DNA of 63,494 nt, the filler included, from Lenisia limosa (taxonomy: Eukaryota; Protista; Breviatea), in the NCBI GenBank assembly GCA_001655205.1. It is 12 parts of 12 records of this genome, joined end to end, with 100 filler letters (N's around TTAATTAATTAA, not from the genome) between each part and the next. Parts side by side here need not be neighbours in the genome. Positions count along the whole stretch, not along the records: positions 4,716 to 10,816 come from LPNZ01001138.1; positions 10,917 to 14,006 come from LPNZ01010752.1; positions 14,107 to 15,913 come from LPNZ01001304.1; positions 16,014 to 17,944 come from LPNZ01011201.1; positions 18,045 to 20,695 come from LPNZ01002235.1; 7 more parts are not named here. The stretch is one strand, 5' to 3'. Both the position numbers and the translations under genes were made by a program. Positions 8,941-20,795 of the stretch are shown in pieces. Under the pieces are notes generated by a model. It did not search any database, was not told the DNA's origin, and saw only the letters and a program-made list of their open reading frames with translations. Within the stretch, counting starts at the first letter, position 1. Each line of letters opens with the position of its first letter.

Positions 8941-9889
8941 GTAAGGATTTATCTGGATTATTATATCATATTAATAGTGAAGGACTTATATGGATTATTA
9001 TATCATGTTAAAAATAGTTAAGGACTTACATTAGATGGAACACGCTAATTATATGAAATATATGAATCAGTGTTTAGAAAGGAATGGATGATTTTAAATT
9101 GGTTAGCAATGTTTGAAGTGCTAAATCGGTAACCAATACGGAAATAACAATATCACGTTAATTGGTTCAGAAATATGAATAGCGTAATGGTGCATTTATA
9201 TGAATCAATATCACTCTAAATTGAAAATATGAATAGTTAAATTGGGAGGACATGAATGGTTTTCTGGAAAGAAGACATAATTATATTTTACAAACTTGTT
9301 ATGAAATATGAAAGTAAAATTATGGATAATCTTTATAAGATTAAGAATCATTTAGAAAGTTAATATGCACCTATACATATGATAGATATACTCGCCGAAT
9401 CGAAATTTTCATTTAAATCGCAACCAACTCGTATTATACTTACCTTAGAGGGGGACGCGCTAGCATGCTGAAGAAAACCGAACCGCTTGGTTTGTCCTGT
9501 TTTAACTTGTCTTTTTTGGTGACTGTTGATCTTGATTATGGCCTTGCCTTTGTTACCCTGAGAGGGGAGGGAAACTGGACTCAACGTGAAAGACAAAAAC
9601 TTTTCTTAGGGGCTTGATGGGTTCTAAGGGCTAAATAATGTGAAATTGGTACAGAAAATGAATCAATCTCGAACAGGGAGCTTTATTGTTGAAAAGAAGG
9701 GATCGGAGGAATTGGTGGTAGTGTCACTGAGGGATAGTTGGTCACTATACTTGGTATTAATACGATAATTAATATCTAAACAGTAAGGTTATTCATGAGT
9801 TTCATAAAAGAACTATCAACACTTACCTAATAAGGAAACTTAACGTATAAAATAACACTTCCCTGAGGGGTTATATGGTATTTAGGGAA

Positions 9890-9975
9890 TTTGGCTCAAC
9901 CAAATCTGACATGAATCTGAGGTGCCCTTTTAAAGAGGTCATCTACGAGTTCACAAACAAGTGCACCTCATATTT
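9890..9975. repeat. Short copy of inverted-repeat family shared with 62663-62814
   Basis: TTTGGCTCAACCAAAT..GAGGTGC..GTCATCTACGAGTTCACAAACAAGTGCACCTCATATTT. Confidence 0.7.
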
Positions 9976-10688
9976 AGACAAGCCGGAGGGAATGCCTAGT
10001 AGAGTTTACCCGAAATACCCCCGGGGCCCTTCAGCCCGAAGTACGGACTGAAAAGGAAGGTATACCAGGGACCGTCCGGGTACAGAGTACATATTCTACT
10101 ACACCATGGTGTGAAATCTAGAAAGCATGGGGTGTATATATCTCTTACCGATCTTTCATCCCATGCCAATCAAGAAAAGAAATCTAAGAAATTAGAAGGA
10201 AAAAATAATAACGCAATAAAGAGATTCTAAATAGAGAAGAAGAGAAGAAGAAGAATAAATGAATAAGCCAGAATAAAACAGGAAATTGACAATCTTCAAA
10301 AAGTCAGGATGATATCTCTCTTTGTCCTCTTCCTCCTTTCTTTTGGATATAGTAGCAGCCCAATTTACGAACTATCAGCCTCAGGAGACACCCGTAAGCC
10401 TACCGCTCGTCTCCTTACGGCTACTATTTTGTCCTATCAGACTTTCACACCTGTATCTTCGGTATCATTTCGACTCGAAATTCGGACATATCTTTCAAGA
10501 CTCTCCACGATTGCCAAATATCTTTGTTTTTAGTGTTGTGCAAGAAATTAAAGTATCTGAAAAGGGTTCAAGTTCCAGTCCCATTATTTTCTTAAGGATT
10601 GCACAGAGTCCTTTTTTTGATGTTTTAGACACATCTTTGTTTTACTTCCCATCTCTACAAAGTACTTTTATTTTTTGAACAAGAGAAA

Positions 10689-10736
10689 TAGGGAAACAAA
10701 TAAATACATAAGGATACCATAAACAAATTACCATAC
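10689..10736 (+). repeat. TAGGG-starting 48-bp repeat shared with 57731-57778
   Basis: TAGGGAAACAAATAAATACA(T/A)A(A/G)GGATACCATAAACAAATTACCATAC occurs on two different scaffolds. Confidence 0.8.
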
Positions 10737-10916
10737 CTATGGGTCCATAGTACAAAAAACGTATTTCTCTTGATTCTAACCTTTTAGATATCCAAGGTTT
10801 CAACATTGTTAAAGGTNNNNNNNNNNNNNNNNNNNNNNNNNNNNNNNNNNNNNNNNNNNNTTAATTAATTAANNNNNNNNNNNNNNNNNNNNNNNNNNNN
10901 NNNNNNNNNNNNNNNN

Positions 10917-13900
10917 ATACGTGACAATTTGATGTTGAGCGAGGTTTCGGCCAGAGCACACTTGTTGACAACAATGCAGATCTGATAACAGGGAAAATAA
11001 CAGGGAAAATAACAAGGAAAAAAACAAGTAATACTCCATGCAGTTAATCTGATGAAGAAACAGGGATATAATTTGAATTTCAGTGTCTGAAATGGAGCTT
11101 TCGATAATATACAGTGACCAGGATAAGTTGTGACCGATTTTCCTTGGGAAATCACTTTGCAAATCGGCCAACACTTATCCCCATTAGTGGATAATATGTC
11201 ACACTTCTTTGTGGCATATTGTATGGAATTACATCCCCCCCCCCCCCACGGNNNNNNNNNNNNNNNNNNNNNNNNNNNNNNNNNNNNNNNNNNNNNNNNN
11301 NNNNNNNNNNNNNNNNNNNNAATGCGGCACGTGACCATATCCTCAGCCTCGGTGAACTGGGGGGAGGAGTAAAACGAAGGATCTTCCAATGAAGAATAAA
11401 GAGAGGGGGGGAGGTCAAATTGGAAAATTTATGGAACAAGAAAAGCCCAAAATCAACTCTGTTGGCTGACAACCCAGATTTCAGAATGTACCCCCCCACG
11501 TCTCCGGCAGGCGTATTGAATCCGAGGCTCGGTGTCTGAAGCTCGTCATCAGACACGTCATCGTCGGTAAGGTCGGTCTACAATTGTTTCATTAATTGAT
11601 ACGTTTATTCTTGTCCTCAAAAAGGTCTGCAAATTTGAGTTTATTAAAATTCGAGCGGTTAGAGCAGGGGTGTGGATGGTGTAATATGACATATTTGACA
11701 TGAAATCAAGATGCCCCAATATATGAACTGTATTGCACTCACCACAATAATATTTCCATATTACTCAACTATCATTTAACTCCAAGCGCACCTGTTCCCT
11801 ATGACACTATATAAATATATATATATATTATTTATACAGTGATAGTCCCTTGGTAAATCGCTCAAGACTTATCCCAGTCACTGTATAGTATACACGTCGT
11901 CCATTATTAACAATGATAAAACTCCATTACTGGATTAGAGAAAAAAAATACACCCAATCATTTCCTTTAAACATCATTCAGCTCCATTACAGCTGAGTGA
12001 GAAAAGCTTACCTGTACCATAACCCAGTCGTGACTGGTCTCGCGGTTCAATGAAGAGCGTTGTCTGTACAGTCAAATATAGTATATGATATGATAACACA
12101 TCTCAAGTAGGGCTTCACTTCGGTTCGAAAAAAGACCGAATTTCTCGATAAATCCTCGAAAACTATCGATATTTTGCTGGTCTTTTTCGAACCGAAGTGA
12201 AACTCTAATCTCAAGTCATTGTAATTTCCCCGATACTTCCCATGGTCATAGGAACCCAAAACAAATAAACCAATATGAAACAAGAAGCAAGAACATGGCC
12301 GAAGATTGGCAGTTATTTCGACAATAAGTCTTCCCAAAGGTCCATTAAACAACGAGCTTATTTAAGAATCTGTTTTGGGAACCAAGTGAAGCCCCAGCTA
12401 TATTCTCTATTTAAAACAAGATAAGTATGAACATCATGCTTTCACAAAAACAAACAACCTGCGCACCTTCTGAGTCTCTCCTTGCCACGCGCTTTTGGCC
12501 TTCGATTGCCGTCCTTCCTAGCCTCTTTGCGGGTCAGCTTAAGTCGATGCAGCAGGTTCGAAATTATGCCGTGTTTGTCACTGTCGGGACAGGGGCCCAC
12601 GGAAATGACTTCGGAAATCTGTGCGGGGGGGGGGGGCGATTNNNNNNNNNNNNNNNNNNNNNNNNNNNNNNNNNNNNNNNNNNNNNNNNNNNNNNNNNNN
12701 NNNNNNNNNNNNNNNNNNNNNNNNNNNNNNNNNNNNNNNNNNNNNNNNNNNNNNNNNNNNNNNNNNNNNNNNNNNNNNNNNNNNNTCGACTTCATTTTCG
12801 TTGTCACTTGAGGGGGAGTGCGGTGCGGGTCGACGCTGCGGAGGGAGAGTAAAATTGGAAAATTCATGAAACAAAAGCCCAAATCAACTAGTAACACATG
12901 AAGGTTGAAAACAGGTGGTATTAGTGGTGTCTGTATCTGTGTGTGTGTATCTGGAGAAGTTGGTACTATTGATGACGAAGGGGGAGAAATAATGCCTCCC
13001 CCCCACATAAGCATAGATAACTGTCATAATCCCCCAACTTGTTTGCCGCGTCGGCGGATATGTCTCCTCCTCCTCGACTCCTTAGACGGAAAGATGTCTT
13101 CATGACCGTAGTCTTCCCGAACATCAAGACCATCATCTGCCTCAGGTACCCCGGGGCTATCAGGGGGCGGACTGCTGCGATTTGGATGCGCAGATGGCTC
13201 GGCCTGGGTTAGTTTGTTGAGGTTCATCGGAACGCTGGTGCATCTTTTGAAGGAACCCGCCGCGTGGGGCGCTGGGGGGGGGGATAAATGATACAAAAAC
13301 AAAGCCAGCATGCAATAATATGACAGCATCTACGATATACTATCATAGTATATAAACAGCTGATAGCATACCGTTCTCCTCGGTGGGAGGCTGCAGTACT
13401 GTATCGTAGTAATCCATTGCTTCCTCCTGGAGGTGTCAGGTTGGTTGAATTTAGGGATCCGTGGCAAAAAAAAAAAAAAAAAAANNNNNNNNNNNNNNNN
13501 NNNNNNNNNNNNNNNNNNNNNNNNNNNNNNNNNNNNNNNNNNNNNNNNTTCTTCAAATAAATTACTGTACAGTTCCCAGCTGTAACCCTAGATAATACTT
13601 TTGTATTTCCTTTCCGTCAAAACAGATATTATTACATTACCTGGCCGAAGCCGACCATACCTTCCCGTAAAACTGTGCAACAACTCTCATCTGTTTAGAC
13701 AGGACCAAACCTACTCCAATGTTGTGCGTGGGGCTGGCCATTGATGACATGACGTCTAACAGTTCACGTACGTATGTCAACTGGCGGGTGAGCAATGTAA
13801 CTTCAATAAAATAACTGCAATAAAACATGATGCAACTTCTCAATAAAACACTACACAGTATACAATTTATGTGATTATATTCAACCCCTCCTCTCCTCAC

Positions 13901-13987
13901 TTCGGTATCGTCGCACTTCCTTTCAAGCTGAGACTTTCGATAGGAAATCAGCCTCACTAACGGGGACAGTGCATAGAGAAGTTGAGC
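10917..13987 (-). CDS. Unknown multi-exon protein, partial
   Basis: Minus-strand exons bounded by C-run-AG acceptors and GT-G-run donors: AQLLYALSPLVRLISYRKSQLERKCDDTE, LTYVRELLDVMSSMASPTHNIGVGLVLSKQ, ISEVISVGPCPDSDKHGIISNLLHRLKL, DDDVSDDELQTPSLGFNTPAGD, FTEAEDMVTCRI. No family recognised. Confidence 0.65.
12108..12207. mobile_element. hAT-like MITE, subfamily A1, with perfect 8-bp TSD
   Basis: TAGGGCTTCACTTCGGTTCGAAAAAAGACCG...TCTTTTTCGAACCGAAGTGAAACTCTA; ATCTCAAG at 12100-12107 and 12208-12215. Confidence 0.93.
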
Positions 13988-14171
13988 CTGAGGGGGGGGG
14001 GGGGGGNNNNNNNNNNNNNNNNNNNNNNNNNNNNNNNNNNNNNNNNNNNNTTAATTAATTAANNNNNNNNNNNNNNNNNNNNNNNNNNNNNNNNNNNNNN
14101 NNNNNNCCCCAAACGAAGCATTTATAATCTGATCGATTTTACTCTTCGAGTTACTGTGACATCATATTTAG

Positions 14172-15803
14172 ATGACAATTGCAGATGACTTCGAGAGAAC
14201 GCTGATCGTGAGACAATCATGCTTCATATGGCACGTTTTAGGGTGATGTATGATCAAATGAGGGAGCTGAATTGTGGGCTGAAGAAGACACTCCTTGTGG
14301 CGAGCGATCAACCTTGGATACGCAGCTAGAAGCTCTCGCTCTGTCGTTGTTCCCATTACCATGGCTGGGGCTGTACATGACAATGTTTGTGTTTGGATAC
14401 CTGTATATGTCCGAGATCCCCTTTCCTTTCTGTAATTTTTATTACCCCCTTTTTAAGTGAATGCTACACCACCTTTAATTCATTCATTGCATACAGCTCT
14501 AAGGCCTGATTTTCTGATAGATTAGGAACAAGTTGCCAACCCTCCCAAAGAAATCCCTTCAACGTGTAATTAATACTACAGATGGATTAGTGAACGGGTA
14601 CTTCACTTTTATATTACTTAATTTGTGCTACAAATTTAATTACCCTTATGATGCAATGTTCTTCCTCGTGAAGAGAGGAGTTCCGATGATGGTGAAGATG
14701 ACATTGCCGACGAACAACTTCCTGGAGTCCCTGTTCAAGACCTGCAATGACCGGCTTAGAATGCGTCTCAAAAACCTGAAACGTATGAGGGTGTTTCATT
14801 GGGGTTTGAAATTTTTAATGTTGTTATTATTATGTTTTTCTCTCTCTTTTTTAATATTATTATTGTAACGTGATTTATGATTTCATAGGATTCCTGGTGT
14901 TATTCCGGTTCTCCAAGATGTCTAGGCTCAGGCGGCCGCAGGTGCGTGGAGACTGGTCAACAATCAAAAGTTTCGAATTTCCGACCGTTTCGCAGCAACG
15001 CTTAGACTTTGAGCTTCCCCCTTTTACGACTATGATGCCCCCAATTAGAATTGATAACCATCATGGGGAGAGTGTCCAACACAGTTTACTTCGTCCTGGT
15101 CCTACAATGGAGAGAAACACTCATGTAAGTTTGGAACGTAATGGTTGCAATATCTACTTTATGACATATTAGGTACCCGTTCAAAATAACCAAAGCGTTC
15201 ATCTTCTACGTGCACTGGGTATATGGGCAAGATAAGCTTCACTACCCAGTTTCAGAACTATTACAGTATCGTTGTGAAGGAATATACTGCTCAGATGCAT
15301 GTCTTTATGCTTTTTATTTTTTGCATAATAATCCAAAATTCCTGATTATGATTGAATACACACAAACATTCTTTAGTTATTCCTGAATCGAGCGCATTCA
15401 CGTACGATCTGGTTATGTCGTTATTTTAATAGGTTGGTTTTGAACTCCGATTCCACTAATACTAGTTGAACTCAACCACTTTGACCATCTGGCAGTGCTT
15501 CCCAACTCTCGGATTCAAGTCTCCGGTCGGGACGGCTTTACCGCTTCCATGTCCTCCTGTTGTTGCCAAGAGTCACAGTCATGGGTCGTATGTCGTTACC
15601 AGGTCGTTACCGTGCTTGTCAAGAAGTTCGGTTGTGCCGCTGATAGTGAGTAGCTATTTTGCTCCTTTAATATTGCAGCATCAATGTCAAATACTCGTTC
15701 ATCTGTCCCTCTGCATAGATCTGAATAACCTCGGATATATTTCGCTTGGAATAAGCCGGACAATTTTGAAACCAAACCACCCCGTCATTTTACCATTCAA
15801 GCA
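14172..15803 (+). CDS. Unknown multi-exon protein, partial
   Basis: Plus-strand GT-AG exons such as MTIADDFERTLI, MTLPTNNFLESLFKTCNDRLRMRLKNLK|RFLVLFRFSKMSRLRRPQ and LNNLGYISLGISRTILKPNHPVILPFK; reading frames not fully resolved. Confidence 0.45.
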
Positions 15804-16013
15804 GTGTGTGTAGTGGGGGGGGGGAGTAAAACAAAGGAAATTTGGATAAAGAATATTCGGTCATTGTCATAATAAAAAGGGTCATTGTCTTAATATATCA
15901 TATAGAGCACTTTNNNNNNNNNNNNNNNNNNNNNNNNNNNNNNNNNNNNNNNNNNNNTTAATTAATTAANNNNNNNNNNNNNNNNNNNNNNNNNNNNNNN
16001 NNNNNNNNNNNNN

Positions 16014-17944
16014 CTGCTTGCAACACCAAACTCCCACCTGGGTAGAGGGGAGGGGGCAGTGGGCAAGAAATTGCATCAGGTGCAAAAATCTAAAACGAAA
16101 ATGAAAAAAAAAAATACAACCCATACCCCGTACGATTCTCACCCATTGTAGCGTCTTCTCGATTTCCAATGGATTGTATAGTGACTCACTGGTTTCAATG
16201 GCGGCAAACACCTCTGCACCATATGGTAGGGTGTGATTAAGGCTTCATTTCGGTTCAAATAGCAGTAATTGTGAATCAACAGGTGTTATAATATTCACTG
16301 AATAAGCTATTTGCAGGAGAGGGGGGGTGTAAGGATTTAGAATCATCTCTAGGTTTTATTTTTTTGGAGAAATTTGTGAACTTTTAATATCATCAGTATT
16401 TTTCTTCTGAGTTTACGATCCAGTGGTATCAGCTTCCGCCCCCGAATTCCCTAGTAATTTTTCGTCTCTTCCACTTGAGACGCTAACTGATGTGCGGTGC
16501 CTTGATAATGAGGACGTTTTCTGCTCAGATGGCATAATTCACTGTGAAGGTGGGGGGTGAGGCTACCCAAATATTACTCTTTTTGCGAATTTTGTATTGA
16601 TTGAAAGAATGAATAAAGTGCTTCACTGATTCAGATATATGTGGGTTGCCGCCAACGTCATCGCACTTTTCGACCAATTGTACCAATGCAAATTGCATTG
16701 TAGGCGGTCGTCACTAACTTTTTACGTACCATTGTTTTCTTCCTGTGTTTAATTTAATCGTGGTGATAACTTTAACACGAGATTTTGCATCTTGTCACCA
16801 CATTGATCAGGTTTCCTGCCATGCACCGCATACAAACATCGATAGCTCCCAACAGCTCAAGTGTGTTCACGGGGAATTTCCTATTGAAAGTGTAGTTCTC
16901 TCCACTCATTGCAATGGTAGGCGTCTTCATTGAGTGTGTGTGTGTTTGTGTTTGTAGTGTTTCATGAAAGTTTTTTTCTCTTCAAATCCCCTTTCACTCT
17001 AGTCGTAACATTGTGTAGCGTCCTTCGAAGCACCCCCATCATCGCCACTTTACACAACTACGTGTTCGTTTGGTAACCAAAAATGCCTAGTAAACTGCTC
17101 GGAAGGCTTCATGACGCTTTACCCGGTTGGCTTATGGAAAAAGGAAAATAAAAACACAGATAGTCCCCCCCCCCCNNNNNNNNNNNNNNNNNNNNNNNNN
17201 NNNNNNNNNNNNNNNNNNNNNNNNNNNNNNNNNNNNNNNNNNNNNNNNNNNNNNNNNNNNNNNNNNNNNNNNNNNNNNNNNNNNNNNNNNNNNNNNNNNN
17301 NNNNNNNNNNNNNNNNNNNNNNNNNNNNNNNNNNNNNNNNNNNNNNNNNNNNNNNNNNNNNNNNNNNNNNNNNNNNNACGTGAGGGGGGGGGTGATTTGG
17401 ATAAGGATCCTGTGTAAAGCATTTATTTGTTTGTTTAGATTTTATTTATCATCTTTTTTGTATTTTTTACTTTTCGTGTACGGTCTTCAATCCGGCATCA
17501 TAATTCTCTTCTTGCAGCCATTTGCCCGGTCCCTCCGATCTCTGACAAACTCTCCTATAACTGCTCTCTCCATAACGCCAATTGCACCGTCTCTTGCAAT
17601 CTGGGTTACGTTACTAGGAATGTTGGAGGGCGAGTGGGTCGTATTCTTTATGTGTATTTGTTTCATATCTATGATACTACTTCAATATTATTGTGTTGTC
17701 CTATTGTTGAATGGATACTTCTCAATTCAATTTATTCAAGTCTACCCTTCTTTTTTTTTAAAAAGAAAAAAATAATTGATATTTCAAACATCCCAAGAAT
17801 AATGTATTCAAATCTCCCCTCCGTGATTTCATCTTTTCAGCTTCACAATTATCATTTGTTTAGATGTCCCCATTGTCATGTATTGAGAGTCAGACCAAAG
17901 TCATCGAATGGCCTTTTGTGGCTGAAATTGAAGAGCAATATTGC
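16014..17944 (+). CDS. Cys-rich extracellular protein with Sushi/CCP-like repeats, partial
   Basis: Spliced: DICGLPPTSSHFSTNCTNANCI|VSCHAPHTNIDSSQQLKCVHGEF, YTTTCSFGNQKCLVNCSEGF, ICPVPPISDKLSYNCSLHNANCTVSCNLG, LSCIESQTKVIEWPFVAEIEEQYC. Recurring C-x-V-x-C-x-x-G-[FY] pattern. Confidence 0.6.
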
Positions 17945-18044
17945 NNNNNNNNNNNNNNNNNNNNNNNNNNNNNNNNNNNNNNNNNNNNTTAATTAATTAA
18001 NNNNNNNNNNNNNNNNNNNNNNNNNNNNNNNNNNNNNNNNNNNN

Positions 18045-20654
18045 CAAACATAGATCCCGTAGATCTCAATGTAGGCCAGATCATTGACAAAAAGGAAGAC
18101 AAGAGGGGCTGTGGTTGGAATAATCTGGAGAAATGAAGAGTGTTGTACCCTAAATTAGGCATACAATTCAGATTGTTGCAAAAAATAAAAAACAACAGGA
18201 AGGCATACTCTCATATTTGGTTTATTTCTCTTGTATTCCTGATTTATATTTATTCTCCATGTATTTCAGACAATTTCAGAATCAACGCTGCCGCCACTAT
18301 ATTGGTCACCTTATTACAGATCTGCTGATCTTATTCCACCCAGCATTTTGGTCATCATATCCCCCCCCCCCACCGTATTGGTGATTTTATTCCAGGAGTC
18401 GGGCTCATCACCAGAAATCGGAACAGTGAAAATACGAGCAATGAGGAACGGTGACGCCAGAATGACCATAATGTGGTCAAAGAAGTTCCCTTCGGCCCAC
18501 CCCGACCACCGGATAAACCTGGGGTGTGAAACGAAGAACATTTCAATGGAGAAATTTGGAAAAAGAGGGAGAGAGGGGGGGGGGNNNNNNNNNNNNNNNN
18601 NNNNNNNNNNNNNNNNNNNNNNNNNNNNNNNNNNNNNNNNNNTCAATGAAGAATATTGAAATACAGGTAACCTCGCTCTATGTCTGTGTGTACACCCCTC
18701 TACCCTCTCTCCACACCCCCCTCCTTTCAAACCGTTTCCATAGCCCTTGTCGTGCGTCCTTCTTCATAAGAGGCTCCTACAGGGGTCAATAAGACGAGTA
18801 TTGAGTCGGTACTCTGCTTTGGTATTTTTCTATGTGTACAGTCTATGATCCTAGTTTCAATAGAGACTTTACTGCAATAACAATTGCTTGACAAAAATAG
18901 TATAATTTGTTTATAAAAAAACAAAAATAAAACTTGACTCGTATTATATGATATAATGAAAACAAAACAAATTGATTGATAAGCAGAGGATTTCTTGAAT
19001 TTCGAGAGAGCTTTGTGGGAAAATTGATTTTATAAATCCCGTAGTTCTTGTATTCACAATGAAACAGATTATAGAACCCCACCTTTTCAGGGTCGTCATT
19101 TAACGATAAATGGTCCGAAACATCAATGACGTCAGTGGGTGACTCTGTAGGGTCAGGCAAATACATACAGTATGTAATTGCAAATATGAATTGTTGTAAT
19201 GATGAATAATAAAAAAAAAAAGTGGAAGCAATGGCTCAATATTCCTATTTTTGCTCGATTGTGTAGCTTAATCAACTAATGTGTGATATCATATCATAAT
19301 ATATATCGCACGTATGTGTTATATTTTTCATGTTTTCGTTTTCAAATATATTCTTAATGTTGGCTTTTCTATAAATTAACACATCATATCAATCTATTTA
19401 GCATCCACTCCTATATAAATATAAGGCTTCGTGGAATTAATTATTTGAAGAAATCTACTAATTTAAAGAGAGTGTCAGAAAAGAAAATTTGCAATATATG
19501 GTCATACTTGAAATAATTTCTTAAATAATTGCACCTGATCCTTTACACAGATTCATTATTGATTGGGTGTCAAAATTAAACATCATACACCATACATATC
19601 AGATATGTATGATATCATATGATAGATGTACATACATATCATATGTACATGCATATAATACTATGTGATCTTGCAATTAGATAGAAACGCCATACCCAAG
19701 TCAGCATTGAGCGATTTTGAGGCCACATTAGTTTCGCAGCAGTCCCCTCCAGGCTCGGGGCCCTTGATAAACTTGGACATCACAAATACGCATATTACGT
19801 ACAGGACGTAGACGATCAGGGTGGCAATCGCCTCCCATAACTCAATCTTGCCATCCATTGAGATGATGAACAGAGACGCGGTGCCTGTGGGAGGGGGGTA
19901 AAATTGAAAGTCCAAACTCAACTGTGTTGGTGTGGCACATGGGAGTTAAAAACAACAAAACAAACAAATCCCAGGTCGCTTCTGTGGCAAAAGCTACTTT
20001 TAGTTCATTTCTCTTGATTTTAATACATTTAACAACGTTGTGGTTAGAATTAGACAGTTTATAGAAGTGAGCCAATTGAATATGATTAAGTGGGTGCAAA
20101 CTGCGATATATAATTATAGTTTCACCGAATTGAAACAGCAAACTATCGAAATATATGTATATCGAGGAAATGAAGCCATTTTCTAGATTAGGGAAGCCCT
20201 GTATCATGTGCACAATGATGAATAGCACTAAGTCTCAGGCGATATGATAACTACGAACAAGTAAACTGGCTTCTAGCGTAGTAGGTCCCACTTCAAAATT
20301 CAAAACTTCAATTCCACTTACCAATGAGAAGGAACCAAACATCTCTTTGATACAGCGGCATCGTAATTTTGACAGGACTAAAACAGTGAAACTAGTATAC
20401 CCTTACATCGTAATAAATCATATGCTTTTTTTAATATAATTATGTACATTCTCGTCAAAAAATAACAATAATCTCATTCATCAGACTATGATTACAATAA
20501 CACACCTAATAAACGTCAATAGTCCGACGACCACCGCAGTGACGACGATGCCAGCACCCAACAACGCTCCAATTCCGAGGTCGGACGCCCCCGAGTTTAG
20601 ACTCGAAAACGCGGAGACCAAATCAGGCGCACCATTGGCCAGGGCAAGGAGCGT
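18045..20654 (-). CDS. Cation/Ca2+ exchanger, CCX/NCLX (SLC8B1-like) family, partial
   Basis: Alpha-1 repeat TLLALANGAPDLVSAFSSLNSGASDLGIGALLGAGIVVTAVVVG (20500-20654); DGKIELWEAIATLIVYVLYVICVFV; ILASPFLIARIFTVPISGDEPDSWNK. Confidence 0.9.
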
Positions 20655-20795
20655 CTGGGGGGGGGGGTAAAACGAAGGAAATATCGATGAGGAATNNNNN
20701 NNNNNNNNNNNNNNNNNNNNNNNNNNNNNNNNNNNNNNNTTAATTAATTAANNNNNNNNNNNNNNNNNNNNNNNNNNNNNNNNNNNNNNNNNNNN

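Noticed and set aside
9295-10700. LTR or LINE retroelement fragment
   Set aside because: No paired LTRs, primer-binding site, or RT/integrase/gag motifs in the frames I read.
11320-13790. Histidine kinase/receiver call for the scaffold-3 gene (GVGLVLSKQ; AEDMVTCRI)
   Set aside because: Only short, weak resemblances; no H, N or G1 boxes or receiver Asp/Lys context could be assembled.
16014-17944. Minus-strand gene on scaffold 5 (e.g. ORF 15966-16211)
   Set aside because: G-run donors, C-run acceptors and a coherent Cys-repeat protein all fall on the plus strand.
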